This document shows positions 13,561 through 27,241 of a stretch of DNA of 64,000 nucleotides, piece by piece. A program made the position numbers and the translations under genes. The notes below the pieces were generated by a model. The model was not told the origin of the DNA. It did not search any database and saw only the letters and a list, made by a program, of their open reading frames with translations. Position 1 is the first letter of the stretch, and each line of letters starts with the position of its first letter. The stretch spans positions 930,001 to 994,000 of the forward strand of contig OZ024754.1 of assembly GCA_964016885.1 (NCBI GenBank). The letters are read 5' to 3'. This DNA is from Eledone cirrhosa (Eukaryota).

Positions 13561-15539
13561 AATTTAGAGGATTTAGTCTCGCCCAATCCTGTTCAGAAAT
13601 CTGATTCTTGAAGCAAACTTAAAGGTTACATATATTAAAATGATCTATAATACCTTCAGCTGTCTGTGCACCAGTAAAAATTAAATCATCATCATCTATG
13701 TAAGGATGTAATGAATTTGTAAAGTAAACTGTATCAAACTGATCCGAATTATACTTGAATGTACTAAGAACATCAAGATGACTGTGATTTGGCCTGGCAT
13801 GTGAATAATCTTGAAATCCTATGATGATTATATGAGGGACAACCTGGTAATCTATTGAGAAACTCCTGGTTCGGAAACTTCAAGATCTTTGGTAAAAAAT
13901 TGAATTGCGACGGCAGATAATCAGTTTTCAAAGTGAAGAACTTCTCCATCAGAAAATATCTCAATCTTTCAATAGTCTCATTGCACAGATTTCATGTTCA
14001 ATATTGCTCAAATTTCTGTTAATACTATCAAATATATGGCTACGGGTTTTCCAACCTTGAGACACCATCCGTGCCACTGCTAATTCAAAAGCATCCACAA
14101 TGAAAGTTGTTTCACACACTGTAGAGAATTTTGTCTCAATAGGGTATTGTTCAAGAAGATAATTTGATGTCCAAGATTTCTTTTCGCCGCAAGATTATGT
14201 TTGACAGTTTATTAAACCGAAATATTTCAACATTTAGGAATGTTAATTTGTTGAATATTGTCTATTAGGCTATATTATAACTTGGGCCCTTCCTTAATAA
14301 TATTAATTTTTAGGATATTTATGTAAGATACATGACTAATGTATTTATTTGGATTGATAATATATCGGCTCCTTTTAACCTAGAAATAGCTATAATTTCT
14401 CGATTCTTTAATTAATTTATTCTGGTTTGCTGCAAACAAGATGGAGTCCTTATCTTGATTGATAATTATGCTATTAATTCCTTTCAGTATTAAGTCCATA
14501 TAAGGCGCTGAGTTGGGTAGACTATCTGTGGTATCTGTTCCGGCTTTCTACGTCCTATGTTCAAATCACACTTAGATCAATTTTACGTTTTCATCGTTTC
14601 GTGATCGATAAAATAAAGTACCAGTCCGGTTTTGTTGTCAATTTTTCTTTTGTTTCTCTTTCTCTCAGGAAGAAATCGACAGTGGTTACATCTAGAGAGG
14701 GATGAGCTCAATCAGGTTTTTAAATATGCGCAAGATATGTTATAGAAACATCTGTACGACTCCACCAAGAATTGAATGCCTAAGGAAGCAATATTTCATA
14801 TAATGGTGGAAATTGGAGCTGCAGTTTTGGAAATACATCTAAAATATATTGACTAAAGATTGCTTGTATTTATCGCACACATCTCTTAGGGTCTTCATCG
14901 AAACGATTCTGCCCAATTGCACGCATTTTATGTTTACGGAGAAAGTAACTTTGTTATTTGCATATCAGTGATACCATCTTTCTACTATGAAAACACTTCC
15001 CAAATGTCTTTAGTGGATTCCAGTTATTTACATTAATTGACCTTTAAACTAATTACTAAATATATTGATGTTTAGACTTTAGAATAAGACAAATAATGTT
15101 TTCCAAACAATGAAAGACAGGAAATGTTGAATTACAATGGCTCGTATATCATTAACAGAAGTAGAATTAGTGATAAGTTTTGCTTAAATCAGATTTATTT
15201 CTTTGAATAAGTGTTGGTGAGAAAGCTAGACGGAAGGCTGGAGATTACTGTGGTATTTCGTGACTTATTTTCTGTCAACAGAAACAGTAAGAATATATTA
15301 CATTTTTTTACTCTTATAATATAATATAATTGTTTCTACTTTTGGCACAAGGCCAGCAATTAACCAGTGCATTACTGGTACTTTATTTTATCGACCCCCG
15401 TAAGGATGAAAGGCAAAGTTAACCTCGGCGGGATTTGATCCGAGAATGGAAAGGGCCGTAACTCCCTACCGATACTGCCAATCCACCGCCCTTATAATAT
15501 AATATAATATAATATAATATAATATAATATAATATAATA

Positions 15540-15600
<61 letters not shown>

Positions 15601-15601
15601 A

Positions 15602-15650
15602 GGTTCTACAGGACTAGAACTGTTTCATTCGTGAGAAATCATCAGGAAGC
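15602..15650 (-). ncRNA. Type I hammerhead ribozyme (5'-truncated + strand copy at 55184-55226)
   Basis: GCUUC-CUGAUGA-UUUC ucac GAAU-GAAA-CAG uucuaguc CUG-UA-GAA(C/G)C. Canonical core, GUA cleavage triplet, abuts (TA)n. Confidence 0.7.
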
Positions 15651-16219
15651 TGGCTGTCCAAGTAAAATGGTAGTATTTATATCTTTCCTTATCTGGTGGT
15701 AGGAGGAGGGTGGGGATTGGGATGGGTGGAGGTCATTGGTTGAAGGAATTAAAGAAAAGGGAGTTCATTAAAAGCTAATTCTTTAAAGCTATAAAATTAA
15801 CAAAGGCAGAAAGAATACAGTAAGCAAGTTCAAAATAGGAATACCAATTCTTGTTTATCACTTAGACTAACAATGGCTGTAAGACAGGTGTCTACAGGAT
15901 GGGTGGGGTTCAATGGTTTAAAGAAAAGGGAAATTCTTTAAGGCTGAAATAAAGGTGACAAAGGCAGAAAGGGTTCTATCAACAGATTCAAGTGTTGGGG
16001 TGAAGCCCCTTATTGTAAAGTTTCTATTAATATATATTCCAGGTGTCGACAAATACATTCACACACGCGTGCACTTACATACGTACACACACTTACACAC
16101 ACGCACACACAGGCATGCACACACACAAAAAACATACATAATGCTACATACATGCATACATACAAATATACATATACATACACATATACATATATGTGTA
16201 CATACATACGCATAAATAA

Positions 16220-16253
<34 letters not shown>

Positions 16254-16258
16254 TTATA

Positions 16259-16397
16259 AAAATAACAGATTAAAGTTTAAGCAAAGAATCGCTGCATTCA
16301 CCCTTAACGGGATCTTCTGGAACTAATGGTTAGTTTCAGAAGATCCCGTTAAGGGTGAAAGCAACGATTCTTTGCTTAAACTTTAATCTGTTATTTT
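16259..16397. repeat. Fold-back palindrome (68-bp arms, 3-nt loop) of a dispersed repeat
   Basis: Centre aactaa-tgg-ttagtt with a few arm mismatches. Single arms also occur at about 1300-1330 and 27917-27985. Confidence 0.92.
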
Positions 16398-16489
16398 AAT
16401 AAATATTTGCTCTACGGTTCTTATATATTTGATATATATTTATCCTTATCGAGCCTTCTTTGGATTTTAGTCTTCAAATTTATTATTAT

Positions 16490-16536
<47 letters not shown>

Positions 16537-16600
16537 ATATATATACACATATATACATAAATATACATACACATACATACACATACAAATACACACATAT

Positions 16601-16635
<35 letters not shown>

Positions 16636-17490
16636 CACACACACACACTATATATATATACATATACATAAATATATATATATATATATATATACATATA
16701 CAAACTCACACACACACATACATACATACATATATATAGATATACAAATACAGACATATATCTAAATAAAAACATATATATATATATATATATATATGTA
16801 TAACAAAGGAATTGTGGTAAGGAACCATAACGCACCAGAGTACTCAATACTTAGGGTAGTAGAGTGGGAAATAGGAAAAAGTATGACCCCGACGGCAGAG
16901 CTCAAGCCGTTTTCCTCCGCTGTGACCCGTCTATTTCGTTCTTACTGCTTCCTCTTTCTCTGTATCTTTCACCTCCCTTTACCCTCTCTAACAGTCACTC
17001 TCTCTGTTAGCCTCTTCCTCACCCTTCACTCACTCACTCTCTGCTACTACCTCTCCTACTTCCTCCCGTTTGACCTGTGCGTAATTCTTTTCTCGCGCAC
17101 GCTTGACCAGGCTGGTTGTTCCTTTTTTCTCTCTTGTCTACGATTTCACAGAACTTATGTTCACCGAATTCAAGGACTAGACTCCTTCTTCCTCCCGTTT
17201 GACCTGTGCAGAATTCCTTCCTTGCTCACATTTCGACTAGGTTTGATGGTCTTTATTCTCTCTCGTTCACGATTTCACCGAACTTATATTCATGGAAATC
17301 TGGGACTTGACTCTTTCTTCCTCACTTTTCGTTGCATTACCGTCTTTGTTTGTTTACAGTCTCTCTCGTTCCCCTTATTTACGTGTCCCAACGACTTTCT
17401 TTAGCCGTTGCTCGCACCAACCGGAGGTAGATGGTCTTTAAAGCGATGAAATACCAATGAAGGTTGGAAGATCACTGATGAAGGACTAAC

Positions 17491-17538
<48 letters not shown>

Positions 17539-17610
17539 AATCTTAGACAGGAATAAAAACAGAGGCAGTACACAATATTGGTTTATTAGGTTCACGCTTT
17601 TGAGAGTGGG

Positions 17611-17649
<39 letters not shown>

Positions 17650-18386
17650 CATTTAACGACTCTGGTAATTCGCCGCCATATAATATAATAAATTAAGCTC
17701 AAAACAAAGATAACTAACTCTATTATTACTTGATGCCTACAATAACGGAGAGTATAATCTTTACATTTGTGGTGATGTGTGGGACCAAAACATGCGCAGA
17801 TGTCAATAAGGACACATTTTCTCACTTAAATTTGAAAATGTATATTTTCACTAATAGAAACCTCGTTTGGTGTGACAGAACATTTTGTTTTCAGGTGATG
17901 CCGAACACTTTAAGGTGAATTTCTCGTGTATACAAACTTTTCATTATTCTGAAAGGGTGGTAGATTGGCAGTAATCGGTAGAGCCTCTGATAACGTGCTT
18001 TGCTGCATAGCCGTTTACGCTTTGAGCTCATCCTTACGAGATCGATAAAATAAAGCACCAGAAATGCACTGGGGCCGATTTAATCGACTCCCCCCCCCCC
18101 CCCCCCCCTAAACTGTTGGCCTTGTGCTTAAATCTGAAATTGTTAGCCTTGTATCTAAATCATTATTGCTCTGACTGCCATCATCATCATCATTCTTAAT
18201 GACACCTCAAACGACTCTTCGTTAACCTTCAAATTTAAGATATGACTTTGTTTGTAGAATGTTTTAGTGGGTCCGATTTCTTGAAACGATTTTATTGTTT
18301 TTGTTGATTGCTATGTGAAATATGTGATAACAGTGACTATAATCAGCGAAGTTTTATCAAATAAGGTCAAACACACTCACACATAT

Positions 18387-18537
<151 letters not shown>

Positions 18538-18761
18538 TATAAATATATGCTCGTTTAAACTTGGTGGTTTACCACTGGGTAGAATTGGTCATTCTGCAGT
18601 GTTAATCATGATGTAATATGAAAAAAGCACTCGACATTATGCAACTCATCCATCTTCAATGTTGAATCGTGTTGGTGGTGCAGAAATGGAGTAAATGTAT
18701 TATAAAGTGAAATGACAGGAGGTCAAATAAGTTTAATTTCCTTAATTTTTTATTACTGTAA

Positions 18762-19140
18762 ACACTATGTATATTTCAGTGGCCAGGTTGCCTAAGAACC
18801 TGGTGACTTCATCAGGTGTAAATTGCGTAATAGATGTATACCAACGGAATGATGGTAAGCTTTAAGGAAACAAGCAAAGAAAGACAAAGAGAAAAAGTTT
18901 GTGCTATGCTATTGACTCAGAGTCGGACGTAGTAGCATGCTGCCATATTGCTTGCTCGCCTCTGAGTGAGGTTATTTTTAATAGATCTTTCCTGCTAGTT
19001 TGCTAGCGGGGAGGGGGATGTATAGTTTATTGGGATAATCAATACTACCCTTCAACTCTAGCAGCCTTCGGAGAGCAGTACGCAATTTACACCTGATGAG
19101 GTCACCGGGTTCTTACGCAACCTGGCCACTGAAATGTATT
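18762..19140. mobile_element. Mini element with outward-facing hammerhead inverted repeats (probably Penelope-derived)
   Basis: 18773-18829 and 19079-19139 are inverted copies. The minus copy folds as ACAC-CUGAUGA-stem II-GAAA-U auac A-UA-GUGU. Confidence 0.7.
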
Positions 19141-19724
19141 TTGTTTTCGTCTTAGAATATATCTATATTTTTCATTTCTCCGAAAATGCAAAAATAACAC
19201 AAAACAAAAAAAAATCGAACACCTCCAAAACAATGTTCCAAGGGCTAAGATACATCCTCTCCAGAACCAGACATTATTTCAGTTCTAGACAGTTGTTGTT
19301 GGTTTTCTACAAGGTGCAAGTTGTAATTAGCGCTTTTTATTTGGGAAAGAACAGCTGTCACAAACATTCTAGATAACTTTTCCCTCGCACCCTGAAAGGC
19401 TACTAGATCCCCCCCCCCCCCCCCCTAGATCTCCCCCCCCCCATTCCTATATCTCCTCCACCCCAACCAGATATTTTATTTATTTGTCTCGTCTATCGCT
19501 ACTGCAACGATTTTTCAAGTTAACGGGATAGTGGCTGGTGGGGGTGGGTGGGGGTGTTTACTTAGACATGGTAGAAATAGTAGCTAAATTTCCCTCAAAA
19601 TCAAATGTCATTGTCTTAAACAAGAAAGAAAACATTGGATAATGTAGTCATGAGTGGCTCTAAAAAGATGGGATGGCTATGGCTAGAATACTTTTGATCA
19701 TTGGCTTGCTCAATCAAGGTTCTT

Positions 19725-19960
19725 CTTCTTCTTCGCCCACTTATTCCCGAAAGTGTCATCGAGATAGAGTCCTCCAACACTCCTTCCAGCGTGTCCTGTT
19801 AGAAACGACTGTCTCCAACTGACCAAGTTGGATCCCCAAGCGAGACCAGCCAAGCTATGGATGTTATCCAACTATCTTGCTCGAGGTCTACCCCTAGTTC
19901 TCCTGCTGGTTGGTTTTTCCCGAAAAATCTGTCCAGTAATTCTATCCTGAGACATTCAAT
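19725..19960 (-). mobile_element. LINE 3' end fragment (RTE-like); related copy at 24230-24420
   Basis: ERITGQI...KPTxRR.RGRPR.RW.DNI motif, ending in a (GAA)n tail on the minus strand. Confidence 0.65.
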
Positions 19961-20376
19961 GAGGCTTATTTTTCCCTAGTAAACTCTTTACATTCACCTT
20001 CCAGTATTTTCCATGCACCTGCAGCCCTTCTCATGTCTCACACTAATTCTCATCAACAGCCCACTTACACTAAATGCTTCATACAATTTTTCCTACCGAG
20101 AGTTGCAATTTTTTTTAAAGTGCATATTTTAGCGGAGAATTCTAGTAAGGGTTATATATATATATATATATATGTATTAAAATTAAGTGAGAAAAAACTC
20201 AATTTATGTGAGTATAAACAAGATAGACAAAAAAAAAAAAAAAGAAATCTATCTAAACTTGCTGATATATAGATCTCCGTCCCAACTACAATGATGTCTG
20301 AATCAACAACTGTACATGTAAGTTCAATAACGAATGACAAGCTCACTACGGATTTGTAAACAAGATGTCAGAATAA

Positions 20377-20593
20377 TGGTTTCTTATATAGGCACAAGGC
20401 CAGCAATTTTAGAGAAGGGGAAAGTCGATTAAACCGACACCAGTGCGTGACTGGTACTTTATTTTATCGACCCCGTAAGGATGAAAGGCAAAGTTAACCT
20501 CGGCGGATTTGAATTCAGATCATAAAGGGCCGTAACTCTATGCTGCAAAGCATGGCGTCCGACCCTCTATTGATACTGCCAATCCACCGCCCT
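20377..20593 (-). mobile_element. OK-like SINE with 16-bp target-site duplication
   Basis: caagatgtcagaataa at 20361-20376 and 20594-20609. Confidence 0.93.
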
Positions 20594-21014
20594 CAAGATG
20601 TCAGAATAAATATATGAATGAAGGCATATCTCGCTCATCATAAGGCAACACACGCACACACGCAGGCACGCCCACACACACGCACACACACACCTACACA
20701 CGCACACACATACATGCACATACATGCACATACATGCACGCATGCACATACACGCACACACATACATATACATAGACATGCACACACATACATTCACACA
20801 CACGCACACACATACACCCCACTAGCACACACACACACACGCACGGATGCATATACACGCACATGCACACACAAGCACAGACACACACAAACACTAGATT
20901 ATCACGTTATAGTTTAATATTAACCCGTGTCAACAGCAAGTAATCTAAGCTAATATTTGTTACTGGTTAAAGTACATTATACTGTGTAATGAAATAGTTT
21001 CTAATTTAGGCACA

Positions 21015-21180
21015 GTGGGGGCGGGTGGCTTAGTGGTAAGGGTGTTGGACTTACGATCATAATGTCGTGGGTTCGATTCCTAGGCTGAGTTGCATGTTGT
21101 GTTGCTCCAGCATACTCAGCTGAAAGAAAATGGGTAACAGCAATAGCTGGGGGCTTAACCCTATGATGGACTGGCATCCT
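21015..21180 (+). mobile_element. Second tRNA-derived SINE family with V-domain-like segment (copies at 29910-30170 +, 45295-45550 -)
   Basis: TGGCTTAGTGGTAAG A-box, GGTTCGATTCC B-box and a CCT(G/A)(C/T)GATGGACTGGC.TCCTG segment. Confidence 0.8.
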
Positions 21181-21566
21181 GATTAATTGTACAGGCAATA
21201 TTTATTAGAATGCTATTGAAGTGTGTATACATTTTTTTGGGACACTCTGTATATATATATATCAAATTAAGAGTAGTTAAGACGGCGTTACTTCACCATA
21301 ATTGCTTTATATATATATATATATTTGTTGTTATTTTGTTCTTCAATACCATTATTGGAAAGAAAATGCTGTATTTGATCGTTAAGAAAGAAACAGGCGT
21401 TTAGACAGAAAAAATAATCATAATAAATATATAGATGTTTATTTATATTGTATCTTTTCTTCAGATGTTTGCAAAAAATGACGTACGTGTCGCAATCAGC
21501 CAAAATGGAGGCTCCTTATTGCTCACGAGTAAAGTGGACTCGTTTCGGATACATCGAGCACATGAT

Positions 21567-21871
21567 CAGGGCTGGATTCAGACCTTGCGGGGTTAGGGGC
21601 ACTTCAGGTTGAGGGGGGGGGGGGGCTTTATACACACAAAATTAGAATACACTGCAAAACCCCACCCCATTTTACATATCAAAGTTAGCTTGGCACAAGT
21701 AATTGAAATTGAAAAGTTATACGCACAGGTATTCAATTCCAAACTTCTAACCATCCTAAAACTAAAAAACCCAGCTGAGGGCACAAATAAATTGCTACGG
21801 CCGTCGCTGGTGGGATCCTCCACTGCAGGGGGGCGGGGCAATTGCCCCCTCCCCCATTAATTCCGGCCCTG
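21567..21871. mobile_element. hAT-type MITE, 305 bp
   Basis: TIRs CAGGGCTGGATT / AATTCCGGCCCTG and a perfect 8-bp TSD cacatgat (21559-21566, 21872-21879). Confidence 0.9.
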
Positions 21872-22374
21872 CACATGATAGAATACAAAGTAGGTTGGGT
21901 ACGAAATACGAGGCTGGATTCCATTGTTAAAGGGAATAAGTTCTTACATTACGTGTTGATTGATTTGAAGAGAGGGTAATATAAAAGTTCTTCAGTGAAA
22001 GTAGAAGGAAATCATTTCAGATTGTTTGTTGAATGAAAATGTTTTACGATGTGCAGCGTCTTGGTGATGTAGAATTGACAATTACAAAATCTACTGGAGT
22101 AGAAAGCGGGGATGTTGACAATGTTTCATATACTAGAGCAGTCATGTTTTTTTATTCCTTGAGAATCCATTTGAAACGGTACAGGGAGGTCATCATTTTC
22201 TAGAGACCTAAAAGTGTGAAGATTTTGTCTATAACGTCGTTTGAAGTGGTTTACGGTCAACCCCGTGTATTAGATATCATATGAAGAAGTGTGGGTAGCT
22301 CTGTATGACCTAGGAAAGGCAACTTTTCACTCTCATCTCAAGTGTACAAATTTCGATCCCGGCAATTGTGTATA

Positions 22375-22715
22375 AGCGCATGAGAGAGCGATCAAAATGC
22401 ATTTGTCAGGTCAAACTAGATAACTTGAAGGCCTTTTCTTCCATTTTTAGTGTGCTGAATAGAGCTGCAAACAATGTAAGCATATTCTAAACTGCTTGGA
22501 AATCTCGTAATATCGGTATTCTCCATGGAAATCTCGTGATATCGGCATTCTCAGTTGATGTGTCTCTGAGTACATCCAGTGCAAAAAATAAACCTTAATA
22601 TCCTTTACGCCATCACTAGTAATATAGTTTACCCTCTCAACTGAGGAGAGAAATAGTGAATTACTAATACTCTCTGTCCAGTACCAGCCTTTCTTGCAGT
22701 TCACGCTCCTCACCG
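22375..22715 (-). mobile_element. Hero/R2-group non-LTR RT remnant
   Basis: TISLLS*EGKL...FPSSLEYAYIVCSSIQHTKNGRKGLQVI*FDLTNAF*SLSHALI resembles RT motifs ISLLNxEGK and WLDLxNAYGSVPH. Confidence 0.7.
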
Positions 22716-23671
22716 AACTAGAATCACCAAAACTCTGAAGGTACGAAGGCAGTGAGTGTAACTCATGTAGCAGATACCGTTGTTGCTTGGGTCACGTTTG
22801 GATCTCGTTTGGATCTCGCTTTTTTAAAATAGATATTTCGATTTCTTTTATATTATTCCACTCATCTCACTCCTCTCTTCACCTCCTTTCTCTCACTCTT
22901 TTTACATCTCTTTGTCGGAGAAACATTCGCGGTAAACTGTATCTTTTATTTATCTATAAATCAATCAAGATTTTACAAAATACAATTGCTTTATCATTAT
23001 TGTTTTCAACAAATAAATAATATTTGCAAGATTGAAACACCCAATCACGTTACACGAATTTCATTTTTATATTCTTGAAATAAACGTTTTTATTGTTGTT
23101 AATGTTCTTGTTATTGTTGTTATTTTTTGTTTGTACATCTATGTATGTGCGTGCAGGAGTGCGTTTGTGTGTGCGTGTGTGTGTGTGTTTATGCACGCGA
23201 GCGCATGTATGTGATGTGTGTGTGTTCAAATTTTCAGCCCACCACTCGTACGCGAATTTGGTATTTTATTGATATATTTACATATATTTACATACACATA
23301 TAGATAGACAGAGACCCCCACACATACATCTATATTTATATCTACACCTATCTCTCTATCTATATGTATATGTATATCTGGCTATTTCTCCCCCCCCCTC
23401 TCTCTCTATATATATATATAATGTTTCTACTTTTGGCACAAGGCCACCAATTACTGGTACTTTATTTTATCGACCCCGTAAGGATGAAAGGAAAAGTTGA
23501 CCTCGGCGGGATTTGAACTCAGAATAGAAAGGGCTGTAACTCTATGCGTCAAAGCATGGTGTCTGACCCTCTACCGATACTGCCAATATATATTATATAT
23601 GCATGTGTATATATATATATATATATTATATATGCATGTGTGTGTGTATATATATATATATTATATATGCA

Positions 23672-23710
<39 letters not shown>

Positions 23711-24810
23711 ATTATATACGCATGTATATATGTGTGTGTGTGTGGGGGGGGGGGGGTGTAACGCAAAAGTATGTGCGTAATCAAAAAACAAATTGATGTG
23801 AATTAAGTCCATTTTATATTTAGCTAGCTATATAGATAAACCAGTTTTAAAGAATGTATTATTAAACATGACTTTATACATTTTAAGATCTTTCCTTGCT
23901 TTTACTTTCTATTCACTTATGTATAAACATGTGCATCCACACATATCTGTATGTCTGTATTTGATGATGGATATATGCGGCTGCTCGTGCGCGTGCGTTT
24001 ATGTGTATGGCTGTATGTAAAATGTATGTGTGTTTGTATGAGTGTATGTGTGCTGTGTGTGTGTGTGTGTGAGGTGTGTGTGTGTGTAAGCGTGCCTTTG
24101 TTCGTATGTAAATGTATGTGTGTGTATGCGTATGTGCATGTATATGTGTGTTTGTATGTGTGTGTAAATGTGTGTATATGTGTGTTTGTGTGCGTGTGTA
24201 TGTGTGCACATACACACATATGTGTAAAATAAGATCCGTGACCAGCCAAGCTCATGGATGTTATCCAACCATTTTGCTCGGGGTCTAACCCCGCCCCGGG
24301 TCTTTTGCCGGTTGGTTTTGCCTGTAAAATCTGTCCAGAGATTCTTTCCTCAGACGCTCTAACCACATGTCCATAGCTGTGATTTGCGAATTGAGAGATC
24401 ACAGCTCCAATATTTGTAATTAACATATATAACTTCTAATAAAGTTTCGGAGTTCTTTCGTCATATGTTGCGCCACAACCCATTCTATCGGCAACTGTGG
24501 AAGAACATTGGTGGGGGTTTTAATAAGGGTTCTCCAATCTGTTGTGTAAACTAGTGTTACAAGTGCAATCCTACCTTTATACGTGAAATTGCACTCTAGA
24601 AGGTGGCTGAAGAATTGTAGAGATGCAGATGTCTGCTCGAGGCCATCTTTTGTATTAATATATACACTCTGCTTGTGTATCGAGTGGTTGTTTTGGTACC
24701 ACCACAGGGCCAACCTGGTATAGCGCCATTGTAGTAACTGGATTTAATAATTATATCTAAAATCTCCATGCGGACTTGAGCTGCTCTGTATCTTGGATAC
24801 CATCATCAAC

Positions 24811-24847
<37 letters not shown>

Positions 24848-26378
24848 ACATATATAAATATATACAGTATATATATACATATATACACACGCATGCTCGC
24901 ACCCTCATGCACACACACTCACGCTCACCCACACACTAACACACATACACACACACACACATATATTTATGTGAGTATGCATAAATGCGTATATGCTTAT
25001 ATATGTGTAAATTATCACCGCATAAACTCACACACTCGCACATATGTATGTATGTGTGTGTGTATGTATGTGTGTATGTATATATGTATGTATATTATTT
25101 CAATTCATCCTGTGAGAAATTCAGATAACATACCTCCCTACATACATGCACATACATACACACATACAAACAAACATACATACATACATCATACCACATA
25201 CATACATCATACATACCTGCATACATGCATACACACATACACACATACATACATCATACATACCTACCTACCTACTTTCTACATACATACATACATAATA
25301 GATACATACATGCAATAAATACGCGAATGACACAGAAAAAACAGCGCTTATGAGTTGAAAGATTTATCTGAAAAATATTCCTCTAATGAGAGTTACAGAA
25401 AAAGTAAAAAGAGATAAAACTACCTGGATGATGGGAGAGTTGTTTCTGGTAGGCGTTAGAAATATAGCCAAAGAGAATGTTAGTTTTTCAATAACAATTT
25501 GTTGTATATCAGATGTAAGTCACAGAAATTACGTACTGCTTGCTGAAAAATATGCAAAACACATCCAACTTCAAGAGGCATACATATTGATATAGGAAGA
25601 AGCCTTATGTAAATTGTAGAAATGCATATACGAGCACAAATACACACAGAGACACAGGCACATATGTATATATATATGTATACACGCACACGCACACGCA
25701 CACACACATATATATATATATGTATTTGTATATATATATATGTATCTGTATATCTGCATATGTATGTCTGTACATGTATCTCTCTCTCTCCCCTCTCTCT
25801 CTATATATATGTATATATATGTATATATATGTATGTGTGTGTGTGTGTACGCACACACATTTTGAATACCCTATTTCACAGTGAAGTTGTGCAATTTTCT
25901 ATCATTATGGTATAAAAAAAGTGAGTTTTTTTCCCCAAATATTTTCAACATCAGAAATAATCGCAGTTGGTTAAAATACGATGATTATGGGAAAAAAGAA
26001 TTTGGAGTTAGTTGAATATTTTTCTCTCAGCGTGGATGATTAATGAAAATGTTAAGCTAATATTATTGTTTGGTAAGGATAACTAACACTGAACGTTTTT
26101 AACCTTCGTAAGTGGAAGTATAGTCTTTATCAGAACTTACAGAAGAAGTTTTGAAGCTATATGTATGAAAAAAATCCTTTTTGTACAAAAAACCGCCCGA
26201 AACTGATAGAAACCGCCCCTGATCCTACAATACAAAAAGACTTGTTTTAAAACATATCTATCTAAAGCCTTTTACCATAATTTTATGTAAGAAGTTAAGT
26301 TAAATTATGTTCCAAACACCACCAACCAGAATGAACAAAAAAGGGGAAAGAGAGAAGAGAAAGGGAATCGATTTGGAA

Positions 26379-26710
26379 TATTCCCCTTTTTATATTCAAC
26401 TATAACAGATTGTAGGACAGCATATTCCCGGTTTTTATATTCAACTATATCAGATAGTACGGCATATTCCCGTTTTTAAATTCAACTATATCAGATAGTA
26501 CGGCATATTCCAGTCTTTACATTCAACTATATCAGATAGTACGGCATATTCTAGCCTTTACATTCAACTATATCAGATAGTACGATATATTCCAGTCTTT
26601 ATATTCAACTATATCAGATAGAACGGCATATTCCAGTCTTTACATTCAACTATATCAGATAGTACGGCATATTCCTGTTTTTATAATCAACTGCATGAGA
26701 TTGTAGGACA
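26379..26710. repeat. About 41-bp minisatellite, about 8 copies, followed by a 16-bp repeat (26768-26841)
   Basis: Unit attcaactatatcagatagtacggcatattccagtcttt(ac). The following unit is ctggtac(a/c)caagtaca. Confidence 0.93.
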
Positions 26711-27105
26711 ACGTCTTTGAGATTTAGTACCACATTAGTTCTTCATTCTCATGAATCCTCTAAAATATGGTACACTGGTACACAAGTACACTGGTACCCA
26801 AATACGCTGGTACCCAAGTACATTGGTATACAAGTACACTGTCATATGCTTCTTTTTACCCAATCCAGACAGTGTATAAGTTCTCCTGTTTAAAATCTGC
26901 TGTCTTCTAATAATTGCTTCTACTTTTGACTCAAGGCCAGCAATTATTCCAGTGCATTACTGGTACTTTATTTTATCGACCCCGTAAGGATGAAAGGCAA
27001 AGTTAGCCTCGGCGGGATTTGAACTCACACCATAAAGGGCCAGATGGACCATAACACACCAGAGTACTCAATACTTAGGGTAGTAGAGTGGGTAATAGGA
27101 AAACT

Positions 27106-27204
27106 TTTGACTCCGACGCCAGAGCTCAAGCCGTTTCGACGGCTATTTCTGGACTGTCCAGAAATAGCCGTCGAAATGGCTTGAGCTCTACCGTCGGGGT
27201 CAAA
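27106..27204. repeat. Fold-back palindrome of a hammerhead 3' half
   Basis: Centre ggac-t-gtcc at 27155. Arms are homologous to stem II-GAAA-stem III-GUC-GGGG of the 52899-52992 ribozyme. Confidence 0.88.
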
Positions 27205-27209
27205 CATTT

Positions 27210-27240
<31 letters not shown>

Positions 27241-27241
<1 letters not shown>

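Noticed and set aside
21015-21085. tRNA gene
   Set aside because: The A/B boxes continue into a SINE body, and no proper acceptor stem is visible.
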